Source: Raoultibacter sp.
Lineage (GTDB): Bacteria; Actinomycetota; Coriobacteriia; Coriobacteriales; Eggerthellaceae
Reading direction: 5' to 3'
DNA: 64,000 bases
Assembly (NCBI GenBank): GCA_036655915.1
Contig: JAVVPE010000002.1
Span: 362 to 64,361, forward strand
The position numbers and the translations under genes were made by a program. This document shows, one piece after another, positions 54,912 through 64,000 of this stretch. The notes below the pieces were generated by a model. That model was not told the DNA's origin. It saw nothing but the letters and a program-made list of their open reading frames with translations, and ran no database searches. Each line of letters begins with the position of its first letter. Positions within the stretch are counted from its first letter, which is position 1.

Positions 54912-55652
54912 ATGACCCAGCGCAACCCCATGAACGATCGATACCAAAGTGACGAAATAAAAGGTCAGACGCGCAAAAGCGCCGCATCCGCCAAACCGAA
55001 AACCAAGGCTGCTTCCAGCGTGCATGTGGAAGAGTTGCATCCGCCCAAGAAAAAAGGATTGTTTTCCAAAGCGGCTGCTCCGGCAAAATCTGACGGCAAA
55101 AAAAGCAGTTCCTCGGGCAATGCGGGTTCTTCAAACGGACGCATAAAAAGCGAGTACTACAATCCTCCCACGGCGGAATACAAGCGCATGCGCCGCATTT
55201 GGTGGGTGCTGCTTGTGGGTGCCATTGCCATGACGGCAGCTTCTTGGGCTTTGCGCTCGCTGCTGCCTTCGGCCGAAACAGTCAGCATGGTCACGCTGGT
55301 GCTGGCCTATGCCATGATTATCGGTGCACTCTATGTTGATTTCAGCAAAATCCGCAAGATTCGTCGCGCGTATCAAAATGAAATGGAATCCAAAAAAACG
55401 AAGGCATCCAAGGCAGAAGCGAAGAAGCTTGCCGCCGAAGAAGAAGAAGCCGCTGCCGCACGGGCTGCCGCTGCCGCCGCCAAGAAGGGCGAGAAGAGCT
55501 CTATCCTGTCGCGCATTACCGGAGGCAAGAACAAAACGGCAAGTGAACAGGCCGAAGAAGTTGTGGACAGCACGGTGGAGGCCGATGCTGCCGCCAAACC
55601 AGCTGCCGATGCCGCTGCCAAACCAGCCATGAGCGAAGAAAAGGGGAAGTAG
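54912..55652 (+). CDS. Hypothetical membrane protein, Lys/Ala/Ser-rich tails flanking two TM helices
   Basis: 246 aa. Central WWVLLVGAIAMTAASWAL and MVTLVLAYAMIIGALYV helices with low-complexity charged N- and C-termini. It abuts purS, whose ATG follows its stop codon directly. Confidence 0.65.
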   Translation: MTQRNPMNDRYQSDEIKGQTRKSAASAKPKTKAASSVHVEELHPPKKKGLFSKAAAPAKSDGKKSSSSGNAGSSNGRIKSEYYNPPTAEYKRMRRIWWVLLVGAIAMTAASWALRSLLPSAETVSMVTLVLAYAMIIGALYVDFSKIRKIRRAYQNEMESKKTKASKAEAKKLAAEEEEAAAARAAAAAAKKGEKSSILSRITGGKNKTASEQAEEVVDSTVEADAAAKPAADAAAKPAMSEEKGK

Positions 55653-55883
55653 ATGAAACGCTACGATATTTTCGTCACCAACAAAGAAGGTATTTTTGAT
55701 CCTGCGGGCGAAACGTCTAAAAAGGCGCTGGCCAATCTGGGCTACACCGGCATTGTCGATGTGAGCATCGGCAAGTTTATCCAGGTCGAAGTCGAAGACA
55801 GCGTGCCGCGCGCGCAGGTTGAAGAAATGTGCGAAAAGCTGTTGGCTAATCCCGTCATCGAAGATTACGAAATCAAAGAGTAG
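55653..55883 (+). CDS. purS: FGAM synthase subunit PurS
   Basis: 76 aa. KEGIFDPAGETSKKALANLGY is typical of PurS. Confidence 0.9.
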   Translation: MKRYDIFVTNKEGIFDPAGETSKKALANLGYTGIVDVSIGKFIQVEVEDSVPRAQVEEMCEKLLANPVIEDYEIKE

Positions 55884-55891
55884 GGGATCTT

Positions 55892-56575
55892 ATGAAATTC
55901 GGTGTTATCAGGTTCCCCGGCACCAATTGCGAACAGGATGCCGTGCACGCTTTGACCCACATGGGCTACGAGGCCGCTTACGTGTGGCATCAAGAATCCA
56001 GCTTGGAAGGGTTTGACGCCATCGTGTTGCCGGGCGGTTTTTCCTACGGCGATTATCTGCGCAGTGGGGCTATCGCGCGTTTTTCTCCCGTCATGAACGC
56101 CGTGGTGCACTTCGCCGAAGCGGGCAATCCCGTTATCGGCATCTGCAACGGCTTTCAGGTGTTAACCGAAGCACACTTGCTTCCCGGTGCGCTTATTCGC
56201 AATGCGAAGCTGAAGTTTTTGTGTCAGACGGTGCATGTGCAGGTGCAAGATTCGGTGTGCCAGTGGCTTGATGCCCCCGCGGGCGCCACCTTTGACATTC
56301 CGATTTCGCACCACGACGGCAACTATACCTGCAGCGCCGATGATCTGTGCCGCCTGCAAGAGGGCAACCAGATTGTGCTGCGTTATTGTGACGCTGATGG
56401 GCAGGTGCGCCCCGGCAGCGCCCCGAATGGATCGCTTGAAAATATTGCGGGCATTTGCAACGCTGCAGGCAACGTATTTGGCCTGATGCCGCACCCCGAA
56501 CGCGTGGTTGATGGCGTATCCGGCACCACCCAGGGCCAGGCATTTTTCCAGGCCATCGCCCAGCGGTTTGAATAA
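55892..56575 (+). CDS. purQ: FGAM synthase glutaminase subunit PurQ
   Basis: Class I amidotransferase triad region GICNGFQ and MPHPER. Confidence 0.92.
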   Translation: MKFGVIRFPGTNCEQDAVHALTHMGYEAAYVWHQESSLEGFDAIVLPGGFSYGDYLRSGAIARFSPVMNAVVHFAEAGNPVIGICNGFQVLTEAHLLPGALIRNAKLKFLCQTVHVQVQDSVCQWLDAPAGATFDIPISHHDGNYTCSADDLCRLQEGNQIVLRYCDADGQVRPGSAPNGSLENIAGICNAAGNVFGLMPHPERVVDGVSGTTQGQAFFQAIAQRFE

Positions 56576-56596
56576 AGCTATCGAAAGGCAACCGAC

Positions 56597-58891
56597 ATGA
56601 CTGATATTGCAAAACCGGTATGCGATAACGTGGAAATGCTTGATCCGCAGCTTGCCGCCCAGGTGGCGGGCGAACTGGGCCTGGCTTCCGACGAATACGA
56701 AAACGTGGTCAAAACGCAGGGTCGCGTGCCCTCTTTGACCGAACTCTATATTTACTCGCTTATGTGGTCCGAACACTGTTCTTACAAGCATTCTAAAGAA
56801 CAGCTGCGCAAGTTTTCTAGCGAAGGCGCATGCGTGTTGCAGGGTCCCGGCGAAAACGCGGGCGTTATTTCGGTGGGCGACGGCTGGGCGGTGGCCTTTA
56901 AAATGGAAAGCCACAACCATCCTTCCGCCATCGAGCCCTACGAAGGCGCAGCCACCGGTGTGGGCGGCATCATCCGCGACATCTTCACCATGGGCGCGCG
57001 CCCCATTGCTTCCATGAACAGTTTGCGTTTCGGCACGCTTGATAAACCGCGACAGCGCTATCTGCTTGACGGCGCGGTGGCGGGCATTGGCGGCTACGGC
57101 AATTGCCTGGGCGTACCCACCGTGGGTGGCGAAATTTATTTCGACAAGGCCTATGAAGGCAACTGCCTGATCAACGCGTTTTCGTTGGGTATTATGCGCG
57201 AAAAAAACCTGACGCGCGCCGTGGGCAGCGGACCGGGCAACCCCGTTGTGCTTATCGGCAATTCAACCGGGCGCGATGGCATCGGTGGCGCCAGTGTTTT
57301 GGCCAGCCAAGAATTTGACGAAGCCGCAGAAAACAAGCGCCCCGCCGTACAGGTGGGCGATCCATTTGAAGAAAAGTTGCTGATCGAAGTGTGCCTTGAG
57401 CTGCTTGAACGTGGCAAATTTGTGGCCTTGGGCGATTTGGGCGCAGCGGGTTTGACCAGTTCGGCCAGCGAAATGGCAAGCCGTGGCGGCGTGGGCATCG
57501 ACATTGATGTGCGTCAGGTGCCGCAGCGCGAAACGGCGATGAAGCCCTTTGAGATTATGGTGTCCGAAAGCCAGGAACGCATGTTGGCCGTCGTGACGCC
57601 GCAAGATGTGGCCGACGTGGCCGAAGCCTGCGAGCGCTGGGGCGTGAAGTGTTCGGTTATCGGGCAGATTACCGATACCGGTCGTTTCGTGGTGCGCGAT
57701 ACTGATTTGCCCGAAGGCCACCAAATCGTGGCCGATATGCCCGCCGAACAGCTGGCCGAAGATGCGCCGCTGTATCATCCTGAAAGCCGTCGACCGGCCT
57801 ATTTGGATGAAGCCGCCGCCTTTGACCCCTACAGCCTGGGGCTTCCGACCGATCGTGCAGCTTGGTCGCGCAACCTGATTGACCTGCTGGCAAGCCCGAA
57901 TATCTGCTCGCGTGCATGGGTGTGGCGCCAGTACGACCATCAGGTGCAGGCTTCCACGGCCTTGCTGCCGGGCGGCGATGCAGCGGTGGTGCGCGTGGGC
58001 ATGCCCGGGCGCGACGATATTAGCCAGCGCGGCATTGCGATGACGACGGATTGCAATGGGCGTTACTGTTGGCTTAACCCAGAACAGGGCGCAAAAATCG
58101 CCGTTGCGGAAAGCGTGCGCAATTTGGCCTGCGTGGGGGCAACCCCGGCTGCGGCCACGGATTGCCTGAACTTTGGCAACCCTGAAAAGCCCGAGGTGTT
58201 CTACACCTTTGAGCACGCCATCGACGGTATGGCGCAGGCCTGCAAATATTTCGGCATCCCTGTAATTTCTGGCAACGTCAGCTTCTACAACGAAAGCTTT
58301 GGCAGCGCCATTTATCCCACGCCCGCAATCGGCACGGTCGGCGTGATGGAAGATTACACGAAATACGCTACCCCCGCGTTCAAACACGAGGGCGACACCA
58401 TTTTCCTTATTGGCGAAACCGCTGATGAATTGGGTGGCAGCGAATACATCCACGTATTTTACGACGAAAACCGTGGCGCGTGCCCCGCGTGCGATTTAGA
58501 GCTGGAACGCGATACGAGCGCGCTGGTGCGCGATGCCGTGCGCGATGGCGTGCTTGCCAGTGCCCACGACATCAGCGAAGGTGGTGCCGCGGTGGCTTTG
58601 GCTGAATGCTGCATCGCCGGCGCGCTGGGTGCGGCCGTTGCCTTTGATGACGATTTGCCCGCAGTGGCAAGCCTGTTTGCCGAAACGCAGGCGCGCTTCA
58701 TCGTCAGCGTTGAAAACTCTCAGGCGCAGCACCTGATCGAACGCCTGATTGCCGCAGAAGTTCCCTATGCCGTTATCGGTGAAGTTGTAAGTGCTGCCGA
58801 AGGCATCACTATTGAAGACAAGATTCAGGTGAGCCTGGACCAGGCAAGCAGTGCCCATCGTGATGGTTTGGAGATTGCTCAGGCAGGCTAA
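56597..58891 (+). CDS. purL: FGAM synthase subunit PurL
   Basis: 764 aa. WSEHCSYKHS, ESHNHPS, GAATGVGGIIRD motifs. Confidence 0.93.
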   Translation: MTDIAKPVCDNVEMLDPQLAAQVAGELGLASDEYENVVKTQGRVPSLTELYIYSLMWSEHCSYKHSKEQLRKFSSEGACVLQGPGENAGVISVGDGWAVAFKMESHNHPSAIEPYEGAATGVGGIIRDIFTMGARPIASMNSLRFGTLDKPRQRYLLDGAVAGIGGYGNCLGVPTVGGEIYFDKAYEGNCLINAFSLGIMREKNLTRAVGSGPGNPVVLIGNSTGRDGIGGASVLASQEFDEAAENKRPAVQVGDPFEEKLLIEVCLELLERGKFVALGDLGAAGLTSSASEMASRGGVGIDIDVRQVPQRETAMKPFEIMVSESQERMLAVVTPQDVADVAEACERWGVKCSVIGQITDTGRFVVRDTDLPEGHQIVADMPAEQLAEDAPLYHPESRRPAYLDEAAAFDPYSLGLPTDRAAWSRNLIDLLASPNICSRAWVWRQYDHQVQASTALLPGGDAAVVRVGMPGRDDISQRGIAMTTDCNGRYCWLNPEQGAKIAVAESVRNLACVGATPAAATDCLNFGNPEKPEVFYTFEHAIDGMAQACKYFGIPVISGNVSFYNESFGSAIYPTPAIGTVGVMEDYTKYATPAFKHEGDTIFLIGETADELGGSEYIHVFYDENRGACPACDLELERDTSALVRDAVRDGVLASAHDISEGGAAVALAECCIAGALGAAVAFDDDLPAVASLFAETQARFIVSVENSQAQHLIERLIAAEVPYAVIGEVVSAAEGITIEDKIQVSLDQASSAHRDGLEIAQAG

Positions 58892-60423
58892 GCGTCCGCC
58901 GCTTTGCGAGCGGCTTCCACCAGATCGATAACCTCTTGTTTGCTATGCACGTCAAGCTTCGTATACAGATGCTTGACGTGCATTTTTATGGTGTTGCGCG
59001 AAAGCATGAACTTTGTTTCCATAAAGCTTAAATCGCGCCCGCGCGCCAGCTGTTCTAACACTTCGGTTTCGCGCGGGGTTAGCTGATAGGTTTGTGCCAC
59101 ATAGGCGCAGGGCTGTTCCCAATACGGTGAGCTGCTGGGTTCTTCCTCCCGCGTTTGTGCCGCCTGATCTGCGGGGGAAGGCGCCTGCTCGGGTGGCGTC
59201 AAAGGGGCATTTTCCGCATTCTCAAAAACTTCTTGGGTGGCGACCGCAGAATCTTCAAGATCGTCGAAAGTCTGCGGAAAGAAGGGCAAGTGAAGCGAAT
59301 TGTTCCTGAACAAGAATACCAGCATGACGATATAGAGGAAAACGATGATGAGCGAGCTTTCCTGGAAGGCCAGTTGTGCGCCGAAAACCATCAGTGATGC
59401 TTGCGCCATCAGGGCACCGCATAAATGGCCGGTAATCACGGCAAGTAGTCCGCCGGCGGCGCCACGCAAGGGGTCGCTGCCGTTGCGGGTGACCCACACC
59501 ACCAAGGTGAGCATCACCGTTTCAAACAGGGTGGACCCGATGCCGCACAGCACGGCGGGCGCATCGTAGATGATAAGGGCAAGGCTTGGCCCAAGTAGGA
59601 ATCCTGCAGCCGTAAACAGTGCCGCCCCATTGAAAATCCAAGGGATACTCACACGCAGCCGCGACCCTAAAATGATAATAATGACCAAGGTGAATACGAC
59701 CAAGCGCAAGGCGTGGGGATCTTGCCCGGCAATGCCGCTGCGCAGATATCCTAGCAGCATACTGGCAGCAATCATGCCGAATATCAGGCTGGGAGTGAGC
59801 AATTGTTTGGTGGGACGCAAGATGGAGCCCAGGGGCAGATTTTCTTGTTCGGTTTGCTGTGTTCCGAAAAATGTTTCATTGGCATAGTTGAAGGGAAGAA
59901 TGCATACAAAGAAGGAAACGACCACCAGTGTGCAGGAAACAAGAAGGATGCCCGAAGGTTCAGCGAACCCTTTGCTGATGGTCCACAACAAAAACGCCTT
60001 GAGAACAAAGGCGCACAAAAGCCCCAACAGCGCCACGCGCGGGAAATCGTCGCGGTTGATAGCCGCGCATAGGCACATGAGGCCAACGCTTAAGGGGGCG
60101 CCCAAAGTTTTGGTTAACACCAGGCCGATGATCAGGGTGGATGGGGCACCGCTTAAAAGCAAGACGATGCCGGTACCGTAAAGGGCAAGAACTATCAGGC
60201 AGGAAACCATAATAAAACGCCGGTCATTGCGGTGAGCCCGTCGGCTAAAAAGCACGACGATGCCGAAAAAGAGCAGGTAGAACACAAAGGTGATAATGCG
60301 CATGTCGAAGTCGGTCGCGGGCTGCTGGGGAAGGGCAAGTGCCAGGGAATCGCCCGCCCAAAGGCCACCGAAGAGGCAGGCAATGCCAAACCCCGCATAA
60401 AGGCGCATAGTTGATTGAATCAT
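58888..60423 (-). CDS. Polytopic membrane LuxR-family transcriptional regulator
   Basis: About 10-12 TM helices, then a cytoplasmic linker and the LuxR HTH (LTPRETEVLEQLARGRD...NTIKMHVKHLYTKLDV). Start set at ATG 60423 (GGGAGG upstream); the track ORF continues to 60639. Confidence 0.8.
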   Translation of the reverse strand: MIQSTMRLYAGFGIACLFGGLWAGDSLALALPQQPATDFDMRIITFVFYLLFFGIVVLFSRRAHRNDRRFIMVSCLIVLALYGTGIVLLLSGAPSTLIIGLVLTKTLGAPLSVGLMCLCAAINRDDFPRVALLGLLCAFVLKAFLLWTISKGFAEPSGILLVSCTLVVVSFFVCILPFNYANETFFGTQQTEQENLPLGSILRPTKQLLTPSLIFGMIAASMLLGYLRSGIAGQDPHALRLVVFTLVIIIILGSRLRVSIPWIFNGAALFTAAGFLLGPSLALIIYDAPAVLCGIGSTLFETVMLTLVVWVTRNGSDPLRGAAGGLLAVITGHLCGALMAQASLMVFGAQLAFQESSLIIVFLYIVMLVFLFRNNSLHLPFFPQTFDDLEDSAVATQEVFENAENAPLTPPEQAPSPADQAAQTREEEPSSSPYWEQPCAYVAQTYQLTPRETEVLEQLARGRDLSFMETKFMLSRNTIKMHVKHLYTKLDVHSKQEVIDLVEAARKAADA

Positions 60424-60640
60424 GTTCCTCCCTGTTCTCGTTGCCCCAATTATAGGCGATATCGCAGCAAAACGCCCTCCGTGAGTGTAGGCAATACAAA
60501 GCGCGATTTCTAACCTGAAAAGGCTGTTTGTGCTTTTCCAGGAGGGGGAAGCGCGCAAAATTATCTTTGCAAGCATAGGCGTGCAAAGAACGGAAGGACA
60601 AATATGACCGAAAAGAACATAATTAGTGAGCCCCTGCACA

Positions 60641-60700
60641 TTTCACGCCTATCTGACGCAGCACAGACCGCCTGACTTTGTTGTTGTTGAATTCCACCTG
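60641..60700 (+). repeat. Truncated (3'-half) copy D of the structured repeat
   Basis: TTTCACGCCTATCTGACGCAGCACAGACCGCCTGAC resembles the copy A 3' arm (TTTCACGCCTATCTGACTCACCACAGACCGCCTGTC). The 5' half is absent. Confidence 0.7.
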
Positions 60701-60841
60701 CAACCCCGGGCGCGTGCCTGGGGTTGCGATTCGTTGGTGGCGGATTGGTGACAAAGGTCAGGGTTTCTTTCCCTCTTGCGGTACAATAAAATAACTGCGA
60801 AAACATAATCCCGCGCTGCGTGCGGGGGAATAGAGGCTGGG

Positions 60842-61285
60842 ATGAATTACACCGAACTGCATGAAGAAATTAAAACGGCCATGAGGGCGCACGACAAAAT
60901 TCGTTTGTCTATCTTGCGTCAGGTGCACGGCGAAATCAAAAACATTGAAGTCAACGAACGGCGTGATGTTACCGATCAAGATGTCGATGATATGCTTAAG
61001 CGCACCATCAAGCAAACGCGCGAAACGCTTGAAGGCTCAATCAAGGCGGGCAACAATCAAGAACGCACTGATTTGTTGACCGAACAGGTTGCCATTTTGG
61101 AAGGCTATCTGCCCCAGCAGGTTTCAGGGGATGCCCTGGTGGCTTTAATCGACCAGGTTGTTGCCGAAACGGGCGCAGCAACGAAGAAGGATATGGGACG
61201 CGTTATGGGCGCGCTTACGAAGGCGACCGGCGGCAATTTCGATAAGGCGGCTGCGGCCAAAGAAGTGGGCGCACGCCTGGTATAA
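60842..61285 (+). CDS. GatB/YqeY domain protein
   Basis: 147 aa. LRQVHGEIKNIEVNERR and GKVMGALTKATGGNFD-like motifs are typical of YqeY. Confidence 0.85.
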   Translation: MNYTELHEEIKTAMRAHDKIRLSILRQVHGEIKNIEVNERRDVTDQDVDDMLKRTIKQTRETLEGSIKAGNNQERTDLLTEQVAILEGYLPQQVSGDALVALIDQVVAETGAATKKDMGRVMGALTKATGGNFDKAAAAKEVGARLV

Positions 61286-61311
61286 GGGCACCTCAGCGCA
61301 AGGCGAAAAGG

Positions 61312-61806
61312 ATGTGTATGAAAGAATTACCAAAGAATCAATTGAATCCCAAGGTTAAAAATGTATGGCGCATCAATGATGCTGTGTGGATTACCGTCAC
61401 GTTTTTGTGCTGCTTTGTGCCCTTCGTTATTATGTCGGTGGTCAATCCTGCACCGTGGTACGTCATTGTGCTTGTGGGCGAAGCGGTCGTGTTCGTGTTG
61501 GCGCTTATCCTGTGGCTGGTTGTGCTGCCGCCGATTCGCTTTGCCCGCTGGCGCTACGAACTCACGCAAGATTATCTGGACATCGCGCGCGGTATCGTGT
61601 GGCGCAAGCGCATCATCATTCCGTTTATTCGCGTGCAAAACACCGACACGCGCCAAGGGCCGATTCTGCGCGCTTTTGCCCTTGCCAGCGTAACGGTTTC
61701 TACGGCTGCGGGTGAACATGCAATCCCTGGTCTTGAGGCTGAAGTTGCCGAATCTCTGCGCGATAGGGCAGCGGAATTGGCGCGCATGGCTCAAGAGGAC
61801 GTGTAG
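61312..61806 (+). CDS. Bacterial PH domain (bPH_2) membrane protein, YdbS-like
   Basis: Two TM helices, then RWRYELTQDYLDIARGIVWRKRIIIPFIRVQNTDTRQGPI. Confidence 0.8.
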   Translation: MCMKELPKNQLNPKVKNVWRINDAVWITVTFLCCFVPFVIMSVVNPAPWYVIVLVGEAVVFVLALILWLVVLPPIRFARWRYELTQDYLDIARGIVWRKRIIIPFIRVQNTDTRQGPILRAFALASVTVSTAAGEHAIPGLEAEVAESLRDRAAELARMAQEDV

Positions 61807-61809
61807 GCC

Positions 61810-63690
61810 ATGATGTCAGAAACGCAAAAAGAAGCACAAGCGGAAGCAAAAGACCCGGCTACGGACCTTGTAAAGCACCAGGTCAACCATAGCTATATCT
61901 GGCTGGGAGCCATTCGCCTTGTCTTCCCTATTCTAGCCGTCATGCTGATAACTACGGCGGGATCGTTTATGCGGGCTGCCAACGCCGCCGCAGCGGGCGA
62001 AGCATTTAGTATTGCCACCCTTGCCACCGGGGGCATTCTGTTCGCCTACCTTATCTGCGCGACGATTTACCAGATTATTTCCTACAAGCACCTGTATTAC
62101 GAACTGGGACCACAAGAATTCAACCTGTATTCGGGTATTCTTAATAAAAAGCGCGTGCACGTGCCTTATCAGCGCGTGCAATCCGTCAACGAACAGGCCA
62201 GCGTGCTGCAGCGCCTTGCCGGCGTGTGCACGGTGCATATCGACACGGCGGGTGGCGCAGACAACAAGGCCATCGTCGTGCCCTACCTGCGCAACACCGA
62301 TGCCGAAATATTGCGCCACGAACTCTACGCGCGCAAGCAAACTATTTTGGGGCAAGAAAATGTCGCGGCGGCGACGCCGCAGGCAACGGCAGCGACATCG
62401 GCAACGGCAACGGGTGCCTCCAATATTTTGGACGCACCGGCCGAAATCATGGGTGATATGCGCGGCATCTTCGGTGGGCAGCAGGTCGATACCGGCCAGG
62501 TAAGCTACGAATATGGCCTGACCAATAAAGAATTGCTTTTAGCGGGGGCTTCCAATAACACCGCTTTCGTCATCATCGTGATTTCCTTGGTGGCCGGCGT
62601 GGCGCAGATTGCGGGGCAGCTGGCACCCCTGCTGCTTGGTGCCGCCCAGCCCGTTGCCACGCGCGTGGTGCAATCCGGCGCGCAACTGTTTGGCGGCAAC
62701 GTATTTGCTGCCGGCGCGGCGTTCGCGCTTGGCTTGCTTTTCGTGCTGTGGGTGGGGTCCATCATCGGTTCGTGCATTTCCTACGGCGGCTTTCATGCGT
62801 GTCGCCGCGACAGGCGCATCGAAGTCGAACAAGGTCTGCTGCAACGGCGTTTTCATGGGGTCGATATCGATCGCGTGCAATCCATCATCATCAAGCAGGG
62901 CTTCATTCGCCGCTGTTTTGGCTACTGCGAACTTTCCTTGGGCAAAATAGATTCGACATCGGAAGAATCTTCCGAAGCGCAGGAAAGTTCCACGCAAAAT
63001 CACGGCCTGATCGTTCACCCTTTTGTAAAGCTTGCGCGCGTGCCTTCCCTTTTGGAAGGCCTTGTGCCCGAATACGCCGCTATGCCCACCAAAGCCATTC
63101 CCGTTGCACCGGTGGCTTTGCGCCGGGCGCTTATTCGCCGCTGCACGTGGCAGGGCTTTGGCATGTGGCTCATACTTTTTGTGGCTATCGTACAAATCGT
63201 GTTTAACATGATGGTGCCCGTCGGCGATGCGTTCGTTTTTTTGAACCCACAACAAGAGGGTATTTCGGTCAGTGTGGGAAGTGCTGCGGCGCTGGTAGCA
63301 GCGGATCCTGGCATATCTGCCACTATTGATGGGCACAGCGTGCTCAACGGAGCCTGTTTTGTGCTCTATGCTATCGGCGTGCTGTTCGTTATCATCGATG
63401 CCGTGGGTGCCGTGCTGTGGTATAAGGGTTCAAGTTTTGCCTACAACGCGCACTTCATGCAGGTGACAAACGGGGGTCTTTCGCGTGAGAGCATCAGCTT
63501 TCCGCGCAAGAAAATCCAGTATGGCAGTCTGCGCACCAATCCCTTCCAGCGCGCCGCCAAAGTGGCGACAATCGATGCGCGCACGGCGGCGGGTGTGGGT
63601 GGCACCACGATGCGCCTCATGGATGTTTGTGATGAAGATGCCCGAAACTGGCTGGAATGGGTGCGCCCCAAGGGAAATGTGGTACAGTAG
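61810..63690 (+). CDS. Triple bPH_2 domain membrane protein, YdbT-like
   Basis: 626 aa with repeated TM pairs plus PH modules (YELGPQEFNLYSGILNKKRVHVPYQRVQSV...). Usual partner of ydbS. Confidence 0.8.
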   Translation: MMSETQKEAQAEAKDPATDLVKHQVNHSYIWLGAIRLVFPILAVMLITTAGSFMRAANAAAAGEAFSIATLATGGILFAYLICATIYQIISYKHLYYELGPQEFNLYSGILNKKRVHVPYQRVQSVNEQASVLQRLAGVCTVHIDTAGGADNKAIVVPYLRNTDAEILRHELYARKQTILGQENVAAATPQATAATSATATGASNILDAPAEIMGDMRGIFGGQQVDTGQVSYEYGLTNKELLLAGASNNTAFVIIVISLVAGVAQIAGQLAPLLLGAAQPVATRVVQSGAQLFGGNVFAAGAAFALGLLFVLWVGSIIGSCISYGGFHACRRDRRIEVEQGLLQRRFHGVDIDRVQSIIIKQGFIRRCFGYCELSLGKIDSTSEESSEAQESSTQNHGLIVHPFVKLARVPSLLEGLVPEYAAMPTKAIPVAPVALRRALIRRCTWQGFGMWLILFVAIVQIVFNMMVPVGDAFVFLNPQQEGISVSVGSAAALVAADPGISATIDGHSVLNGACFVLYAIGVLFVIIDAVGAVLWYKGSSFAYNAHFMQVTNGGLSRESISFPRKKIQYGSLRTNPFQRAAKVATIDARTAAGVGGTTMRLMDVCDEDARNWLEWVRPKGNVVQ

Positions 63691-63696
63691 GCCATT

Positions 63697-64000
63697 ATGA
63701 AACAACCCAACACATCCGATTCAAAGGGCGGTCGAAGTACGAATTTGGTACCTCGGGCCTGGACGCCTTCGCAATTCAAGCCGAAAACGCTTGCCCATGC
63801 CCGTGCGCTGGCGGATGAACCCGCCGCAACGCAGGCCAATGCCGAAAACAAAAAACATAAGGTGCGCGAATACACGCTGGGCGAAGAAATCGCCAACTCC
63901 GTCACGCACGGTGTGGGCGCTCTGCTTTCCGTGGCGGCCATCCCTGTTCTTGCGGTAAAAGCGCTTGATGATGGCGGTGGCATATACCTGTTTGCGGCGC
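63697..64000 (+). CDS. Hemolysin III / PAQR family membrane protein (5' part; runs off the window)
   Basis: My own translation from ATG 63697: ...KVREYTLGEEIANSVTHGVGALLSVAAIPVL. EEIANSxTHGxG is the family N-terminal signature. Confidence 0.7.
   Translation, partial: MKQPNTSDSKGGRSTNLVPRAWTPSQFKPKTLAHARALADEPAATQANAENKKHKVREYTLGEEIANSVTHGVGALLSVAAIPVLAVKALDDGGGIYLFAA

Noticed and set aside
57263-58453. 396-aa minus-strand ORF opposite purL (also 56162-56920 opposite purQ/purL)
   Set aside because: These are shadow ORFs antisense to unambiguous purine genes.

Overview
This window looks like a moderately high-GC Gram-positive chromosome segment. The gene content (MurT/GatD, an LCP protein, an LAPTG sorting signal, a polytopic LuxR regulator, an Nramp with DAGG/APW substitutions, IorAB-PaaK) suggests a Coriobacteriia/Eggerthellaceae-like actinobacterium, but that assignment is inference only. 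I support about 60 protein genes and 4 tRNAs: Arg-ACG, Ser-TGA, Ser-GCT and Arg-CCT. I saw no rRNA and no CRISPR array. The core content is: dispersed purine biosynthesis genes (purE, purB, purC-x-purS-purQ-purL); iorA-iorB-paaK plus a Na+/solute symporter; modD/modABC; cell-envelope genes (deacetylase, murT-gatD, LCP); tadA-ispE; lemA-DUF2207; trkA x2; citrate synthase; two two-component systems. The accessory content is a 5.6-kb lower-GC island (41.4-47.0 kb). It holds AbiEi/AbiEii, the Fic-type 'mobile mystery protein' pair, a ParE/Phd-like pair and a COG1373-type ATPase, plus long direct repeats and iteron-like motifs. Five observations deserve a second look. (1) A cassette at 15.2-18.2 kb carries an unannotated 51-aa peptide gene, then a LytTR regulator and an AgrC-like polytopic kinase, with a sortase translationally coupled to the kinase. 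The sortase sits where AgrB or an ABC exporter normally sits, and the peptide carries an L-T-I-T-G motif. This is my best candidate for an undescribed signalling system. (2) A ~148-nt interspersed/tandem repeat family occurs at 32.2, 41.2 and 60.6 kb, and its terminal stem is preserved by compensatory changes between copies. (3) An Nramp-related transporter has Mg-type (NRMT-like) site substitutions and is paired with a pore-less PRC/MgtE_N/CBS protein. (4) A duplicated tRNA-Ser 3' end looks like an att scar next to a RecG-like/PAS-GGDEF gene pair. (5) TGGTTAGAA tandem operator-like repeats lie upstream of the RecG-like gene. All functional calls come from motif recognition by eye. No database search was run.
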